A program made the position numbers and the translations under genes. From contig CP086569.2 of NCBI GenBank assembly GCA_009914755.4, positions 35,872,001 through 35,936,000 of the forward strand: a DNA stretch of 64,000 nt. The letters are read 5' to 3'. Shown one piece after another: positions 57,111 to 64,000 of this stretch. The notes under the pieces were generated by a model. That model was not told where the DNA came from. It searched no databases and was given only the letters and a program-made list of their open reading frames with translations. Source of the DNA: the human T2T-CHM13v2.0 reference genome, Homo sapiens. Numbering within the stretch: position 1 is the stretch's first letter; the number at the start of each line of letters is the position of its first letter.

Positions 57111-60100
57111 TGAAATTTAATAAAATGGGATCAAATGTAATGGAATGGAATGGAAAGGAATCGAAACGAAAGGAATGGAGACAGATGGAATGGAATGGAA
57201 CTGAGAGCAATGGTATAGAATGGAATGGAATCATCTGGAATGGAATTGAATGGAATGGAATAATATGAAATGGAATGGAATGGAATGGAATGCCCTTGAA
57301 TTAAATGGGCTGGAATGGAATGGACTCCAACAGAGTGGAATGGAAAGTGTTGAGATAGCATGGAATGGACTCCTTTGGAATGGTCTAGTATGCAATGCAA
57401 TCGACTGGCAGGGAATCAAAAGGAATGTAATCGAATGGATTGGACTGGAATGCAATGGACTCGAATAGATTGGAAACGGAATGCAAAGGAATGGAATGGA
57501 ATAGTATGGAATGGAATGGAAAGGAATGGAGTGGAATAGACTAGAGTGGAATGGAATGGACTCGAAAGCAATGGACTGGAATGGAACTTTCTTGAATGGA
57601 CTGGAATCAAACGGAATGGAATGCAATGCAATCAAATGGCATGGAATAAGATAGAATGAAAGAGAATCAAATGGAATTGAATGGAATGGAATCGAATGGA
57701 TTGGAAAGGAATAGAATGGAATGGAATGGAATTGACTCAAATGGAATGGACTAGAATGGAATGGATTCGAATGGAAGGCAAAGGAATGGAATCTATTGGA
57801 ATGGACTGTAATGGAATGCAATGAAAGGGATTGGAATGGACTCGAATGGAATGGACTGCAATAGAAAGGATTCGAATGGAATGAAAAAGAATTGAATGGA
57901 ATAGAACAGAATGGAATCAAATCGAATGAAATGGAATGGAATAGAAAGGAATGGAATGAAATGGAATGGAAAGGATTCGAATGGAATGCAATCAAATGGA
58001 ATGGAATCGAACGGAATGGAATAAAATGGAAGAAAACTGGCAAGAAATGGAATCGAAATGAATGGAGTGTTATGGAATGGACTCAAAAGGAATTGAATGT
58101 AATAGAATGGAGTGGAGTGGACTCGAATATAATGGACTGGAATGGAATGAAATCACACGGAATGGGAACGAATGGAATGGAATGGAAAGGAATGGAATCG
58201 AATGGAAAGGAATCGAATGGAAGGGAATGAAATTGAATCAACAGGAATGGAAGGGAATAGAATAGACGGTAATGGAATGGACTCGAATAGAATGGACACG
58301 AATGCTCAAATTGAATGGACTCGAATGGAATGGAAAGGAAAGGAATGTCATCGAATGGAATTGAATCGATTGGAATGAAATCGCATAGAATGGAGTAGAA
58401 TCAAATGGAATTGAATCGAAAAGAAAGGAAGCGAATGGACTGAAATGAAATGGAATGGAATTGAATGGAAAGTAATGCAATGGAATAGAATGGAACGAAA
58501 TTTCACGGAATGGAATCAAACTGAATGGAATCAAGTCAATAGAATCAAATCAAATGGAATGGAAAGGAATTGAATGGAGTAGATTGGATTGGATGGGATT
58601 GGAATGAAATGTACTGGAAAGGACTCGAATTTCATGAAACGGAATGGAATGAATTGGAACGGAATGGACTCGAATGGAATGGAATGTCATGGAATGGAAT
58701 CAAATGGAATGGCATCAAATGGAATGGAATCGAATGCAATGGAATGCTATGGAATGGAATGGAATGCATTGGAATGGAATGTCCTCTAATGGAATGGATT
58801 CGAGTGGAATGGAATCGAATATAATGGAATCGAATGAAATGGAATTGAAAAGAATGGGATCGAATACAATGGAATATACTGGAATGTAATGTAATGAACT
58901 CGAATGTAATTGACTGGAATGGAATGTACATGAATGGAATGTAATCGAATGGAAAGTAATCCAATGGAATAGAATCTAATGCAATAAAATCGACTCAGAT
59001 AGAGTAGAATGTAATGGAATGGAGTGCAGTGCAATGGAATGGAATGCAATGGAATGGAATGGAATGGAATGGAATGGGATGGGATGGAATGGTATGGAAT
59101 GGATAGTAATGGACTGGAAAGGAATGGACTCAAATTGAAAGGGCTCGAAAGGAATGGAGACAAATGGAATGGTCTGGAATGGAATGAACACGAATGTAAT
59201 GCAATCCAATAGAATGGAGTCGAATGGCAGGGAATATAAAGAAATGGAATCGAAGAGAATGGAAACAAATGGAATGGAATTGAATGGAATGGAATTGAAT
59301 GGAATGGGAACGAATGGAGTGAAATTGTATGCAGTAGAAGAGAATAGAATGGAATGCAAGCGAAAGGAAAGGAATGGATTGGAATGGAATGGAATTCATT
59401 GGAATGGAAGGGAATGTAGTGTAATGGACAGGCCTGGAATAAAGTGGAATGCTACGGTCTTGAATGGAATAAAAATGTATGGAATGGAATGCAATGAAAC
59501 GGAATCGAATGTCATAGAATGTAATGCAATGCAAAAAAATGGAATCCAAAATCATTGACTGGAAAGTCTGGGTGTCGAAAGGAATTGACTCCAATGGAAT
59601 GGAATCGAATGGAATGGAAGTGAATAGAATCAAACTAAATCGAATGGAATGGAATTGATAGGAACGGAATGGAAAGGAATGCAATGATTTGGCATGGAAT
59701 GGAATCGAATGTCTTCAAATGGAATGGAATGGAATGCAATGGAATGGAATGTATTAGAATGTAATGAACTTTAATGGAATATACTCGAATGGATTCGACT
59801 GGAATGGAATGTTCTGGAAGTGAATGGACTCCAATGGAATGGATTCAAAAGGAATGGAATCGTACGGAATGGAATCTAATGGAATGGAATTAAATGGAAA
59901 TGAATCAAATTGAATAGCACGGAATTGAATTGAATGGAATGGAATGCAATGGAATCTAATGAAACGGAAAGGAAAGGAATGCAATGGAATGGAATGGGCT
60001 GGAATGGAAAGGAATCGAAACGAATGGAATGGAATCGAACTGAAGAGACTGGAATGGAAAGCACTGGAATGGAAGGGAGTGTAATGTAAGGTTCTCGAAA

Positions 60101-60634
60101 AAAATGGAATCGAATGGAATGCAATTGAATGGAACGGAATAGAGTCGAATGCAATTGAATGGAATGGAATGGACTAGAGTGAAATGGAATCGAACCACAA
60201 GGAATGGACAGGAATAGAATGGTCTCGAATTGAATGGAATCGTATGGAATGGCATCAAACGGAATGGAATGGACAGCCACGGAATGGAATGCACTCGAAT
60301 GCAATGGAGTCGAAACTAATGGACTGGAATAGAATAGACTCGACTGGTAAGGACTCCAATGGAATGGAATCGAATGGAAGGGAAACGAACGGAATGGACT
60401 CGAAGGGAAAAGACTGCAATGGAAAGGTCTCGAATGGAATGGAAATTAATGGAATGGAATGGAATCGAATGAAATGGAGGCAAAAGGAATGGAATCGAAT
60501 GGCAAGAAATCGAATGTAATGGAATCGCAAGGAATTGATGTGAACGGAACGGAATGGAATGGAATCCAAAGGAATGGAATAGAATGGAATGGAATCGAAA
60601 GGAAAGGACTCGAATGGAAATCACTCGAATAGAA
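57111..60634 (+). repeat. HOR unit 17, 3524 bp
   Basis: Anchor at 57111 and 60635 (variant tgaaatttaataaaatagg). The island region reads agtctgggtgtcg at ~59567. Confidence 0.8.
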
Positions 60635-63600
60635 TGAAATTTAATAAAATAGGATCAAATGTAATGGAATGGAATGGAAAGGAATCGAAACGAAAGGAAT
60701 GGAGACAGATGGAATGGAATGGAACACAGAGCAATGGTATAGAATGGAATGGAATCATCTGGAATGGAATTGAATGGAATGGAATAATATGAAATGGAAT
60801 GGAATGAAATGGAATGCCCTTGAATTAAATGGACTGGAATGGAATGGACTCCAACAGAGTGGAATGGAAAGTGTTGAGATAGAATGGAATGGACTCCTTT
60901 GGAATGGTCTAGTATGCAATGCAATCGACTGGCAGGGAATCAAAAGGAATGTAATCGAATGGATTGGACTGGAATGCAATGGACTCGAATAGATTGGAAA
61001 CGGAATGCAAAGGAATGGAATGGAATAGTATGGAATGGAATGGAAAGGAATGGAGTGGAATAGACTAGAGTGGAATGGAATGGACTCGAAAGCAATGGAC
61101 TGGAATGGAACTTTCTTGAATGGACTGGAATCAAACGGAATGGAATGCAATGCAATCAAATGACATGGAATAAGATAGAATGAAAGAGAATCAAATGGAA
61201 TTGAATCGAATGGAATCGAATGGATTGGAAAGGAATAGAATGGAATGGAATGGAATTGACTCAAATGGAATGGACTAGAATGGAATGGATTCGAATGGAA
61301 GGCAAAGGAATGGAATCTATTGGAATGGACTGTAATGGAATGCAATGGAAGGGATTGGAATGGACTCGAATGGAATGGACTGCAATAGAAAGGATTCGAA
61401 TGGAATGAAAAAGAATTGAATGGAATAGAACAGAATGGAATCGAATCGAATGAAATGGAATGGAATAGAAAGGAATGGAATGAAATGGAATGGAAAGGAT
61501 TCGAATGGAATGCAATCGAATGGAATGGAATCGAACGGAATGGAATAAAATGGAAGAAAACTGGCAAGAAATGGAATCGAAATGAATGGAGTGTTATGGA
61601 ACGGACTCAAAAGGAATTGAATGTAATAGAATGGAGTGGAGTGGACTCGAATATAATGGACTGGAATGGAATGAAATCACATGGAATGGGAACGAATGGA
61701 ATGGAATGGAAAGGAATGGAATCGAATGGAAAGGAATCGAATGGAAGGGAATGAAATTGAATCAACAGGAATGGAAGGGAATAGAATAGACGGTAATGGA
61801 ATGGACTCGAATAGAATGGACACGAATGCTCAAATTGAATGGACTCGAATGGAATGGAAACGAAAGGAATGTCATCGAATGGAATTGAATCGATTGGAAT
61901 GAAATCACATAGAATGGAGTGGAATCAAATGGAATTGAATCGAAAGGAAAGGAAGCGAATGGACTGAAATGAAATGGAATGGAATTGAATGGAAAGTAAT
62001 GCAATGGAATAGAATGGAACGAAATTTCACGGAACGGAATCAAACTGAATGGAATCAAATCAATGGATTCTAATCAAATGGAATGGAAAGGAATTGAAGG
62101 GAGTAGATTGGATTGGATGGGATTGGAATGAAATGTACTGGAAAGGACTCGAATTTCATGAAACGGAATGGAATGAATTGGAACGGAAGGGACTCGAATG
62201 GAATGGAATGTCATGGAATGGCATCAAATGGAATGGCATCAAATGGAATGGAATCGAATGCAATGGAATGTTATGGAATGGAATGGAATGCATTGGAATG
62301 GAATGTCCTCTAATGGAATGGATTCGAGTGGAATGGAATCGAATATAATGGAGTCGAATGAAATGGAATTGAAAAGAATGGGATCGAATACAATGGAATA
62401 TACTGGAATGAAATGTAATGAACTCGAATGTAATTGACTGGAATGGAATGTACATGAATGGAATGTAATCGAATGGAAAGTAATCCAATGGAATAGAATC
62501 TAATGCAATAAAATCGACTCAGATACAGTAGAATGTAATGGAATGGAGTGCAGTGCAATGGAATGGAATGGAATGGAATGCAATGGAATGGAATGGAATG
62601 GAATGGAATGGGATGGAATGGGATGGAATGGATAGTAATGGACTGGAGTGAAATGGACTGGAAAGGGATGGACTCAAATTGAAAGGGCTCGAAAGGAATG
62701 GAGACAAATGGAATGGTCTGGAATGGAATGAACACGAATGTAATGCAATCCAATAGAATGGAGTCGAATGGCAGGGAATATAAAGAAATGGAATCGAAGA
62801 GAATGGAAACAAATGGAATGGAATTGAATGGAATGGAATTGAATGGAATGGGAACGAATGGAGTGAAATTGTATGCAGTAGAAGAGAATAGAATGGAATG
62901 CAAGCGAAAGGAAAGGAATGGATTGGAATGGAATGGAATTCATTGGAATGGAAGGGAATGTAGTGTAATGGACAGGCCAGGAATAAAGTGGAATGCTACG
63001 GTCTCGAATGGAATAAAAATGTATGGAATGGAATGCAATGAAACGGAATCGAATGTCATAGAATGTAATGGAATGCAAAAAAATGGACTCCAAAATCATT
63101 GACTGGAAAGGCTGGGTGTCGAAAGGAATTGACTCCAATGGAATGGAATCGAATGGAATGGAAGTGAATAGAATCAAACTAAATCGAATGGAATGGAATT
63201 GATAGGAACGGAATGGAAAGGAATGCAATGATTTGGCATGGAATGGAACCGAATGGCATCGAATGGAATGGAATGGAATGCAATGGAATGGAATGTATTA
63301 GAATGTAATGAACTTTAATGGAATGTACTCGAATGGATTCGACTGGAATGGAATGTTCTGGAAGTGAATGGACTCCAATGGAATGGATTCAAAAGGAATG
63401 GAATTGTACGGAATGGAATCTAATGGAATGGAATTAAATGGAAATGAATCAAATTGAATAGCACGGAATTGAATTGAATGGAATGGAATGCAATGGAATC
63501 TAATGAAACGGAAAGGAAAGGAATGGAATGGAATGGAATGGGCTGGAATGGAAAGGAATCGAAACGAATGGAATGGAATCGAACTGAAGAGACTGGAATG

Positions 63601-64000
63601 GAATGCACTGGAATGGAAGGGAGTGTAATGGAAGGTTCTCGAAAAAAAAGGAATCGAATGGAATGGAATTGAATGGAACGGAATAGAGTCGAATGGAATT
63701 GAATGGAATGGAATGGACTAGAGTGAAATGGAATCGAACCACAAGGAATGGGCAGGAATAGAATGGTCTCGAATTGAATGGAATCGTATGGAATGGCATC
63801 AAACGGAATGGAATGGACAGCCCCGGAATGGAATGCACTCGAATGCAATGGAGTCGAAACTAATGGACTGGAATAGAATGGACTCGACTGGTACGGACTC
63901 CAATGGAATGGAATCGAATGGAAGGGAATCGAACGGAATGGACTCGAAGGGAAAAGACTGCAATGGAAAGGTCTCGAATGGAATGGAAATTAATGGAATG
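60635..64000 (+). repeat. HOR unit 18, partial (5' 3366 bp, truncated by the window end)
   Basis: Anchor at 60635. The sequence runs colinear with earlier units to the last base; 63961-64000 corresponds to ~161-200. Confidence 0.8.

Larger units (their letters stand above)
1..64000 (+). repeat. Pentameric (GGAAT)n/(ATTCC)n satellite array, human satellite III-type (HSat3). The purine-rich strand is on +. It fills the whole window without interruption.
   Basis: Seen in sequence: every 10-base block read across the window is a variant of GGAATGGAAT, commonly with TCGAA, GAGTC and GACTC substitutions. C is rare on the + strand. No unique-sequence stretch longer than ~40 bp occurs anywhere. ORF-track peptides are WNGME-type on + and FHSIP-type on -, which are simply translations of GGAAT/ATTCC. 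Established knowledge: (ATTCC)n with TCGA/HinfI-type variants defines classical human satellites II/III. Confidence 0.95.

Noticed and set aside
1-64000. Hundreds of 60-313 aa ORFs on both strands, including 10998..11939 (-) 313 aa, 35834..36775 (-) 313 aa and 7493..8410 (-) 305 aa
   Set aside because: All are low-complexity translations of GGAAT/ATTCC pentamers (WNGME... or FHSIP...). They recur with the ~3.55 kb period and overlap each other in multiple frames and on both strands. There is no start or stop context or domain signal. They are not genes.
1-64000. Possible CRISPR array or other prokaryotic repeat-spacer system
   Set aside because: The repeat is a 5-bp unit organised into a 3.5 kb higher-order repeat. 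There is no alternation of 24-47 bp direct repeats with unique spacers, and no cas-like ORFs. The composition and architecture are those of eukaryotic pericentromeric or Yq satellite DNA.
1-64000. Alpha satellite (171-bp monomers), telomeric (TTAGGG)n, or HSat1/DYZ2 AT-rich repeat
   Set aside because: No 171-bp periodicity or CENP-B-box-like motif. No TTAGGG runs. The sequence is GGAAT-based and not AT-rich with the 2.4 kb unit of DYZ2.

Overview
The whole 64 kb window is one tandem satellite array built from the pentamer GGAAT (complement ATTCC), with the purine-rich strand on +. This is the sequence family of human classical satellite III (HSat3). I see no credible protein-coding gene, RNA gene, mobile-element insertion, CRISPR array or prokaryote-type system, and no novel biological system is evident here. 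The long ORFs in the six-frame track, on both strands, are translations of the pentamer repeat and show no protein-like features. The pentamers are organised into a higher-order repeat (HOR) of about 3.52-3.57 kb. The window holds about 18 head-to-tail copies: 17 complete units, starting at 381 and ending at 60634, plus a partial unit at each end. Each unit carries the same set of diverged non-pentamer 'island' motifs and exactly one GGCC (HaeIII) site. Unit length plus one HaeIII site per unit matches the classical description of DYZ1, the ~3.56 kb HaeIII repeat of Yq12 heterochromatin, so that is my tentative locus assignment. Above the HOR level three layers are visible directly from coordinates. 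First, a ~24.8 kb (7-unit) super-repeat: ~5.9-20.7 kb recurs at ~30.8-45.5 kb with a constant offset of 24,836 bp. Second, a 14,150 bp (4-unit) offset relationship: 31.5-35.8 kb recurs at 45.7-50.0 kb. Third, a run of three near-identical 3,574 bp units at ~20.1-30.7 kb. The last two of these are indistinguishable in the translated ORF track, which means either a very recent unequal-crossover amplification or an assembly artefact. Unit subtypes can be followed through shared small indels (a 10-bp deletion, a 20-bp tandem duplication, 15-bp expansions) and through a hypervariable triplet inside one island motif. All of this is consistent with array homogenisation by unequal exchange.
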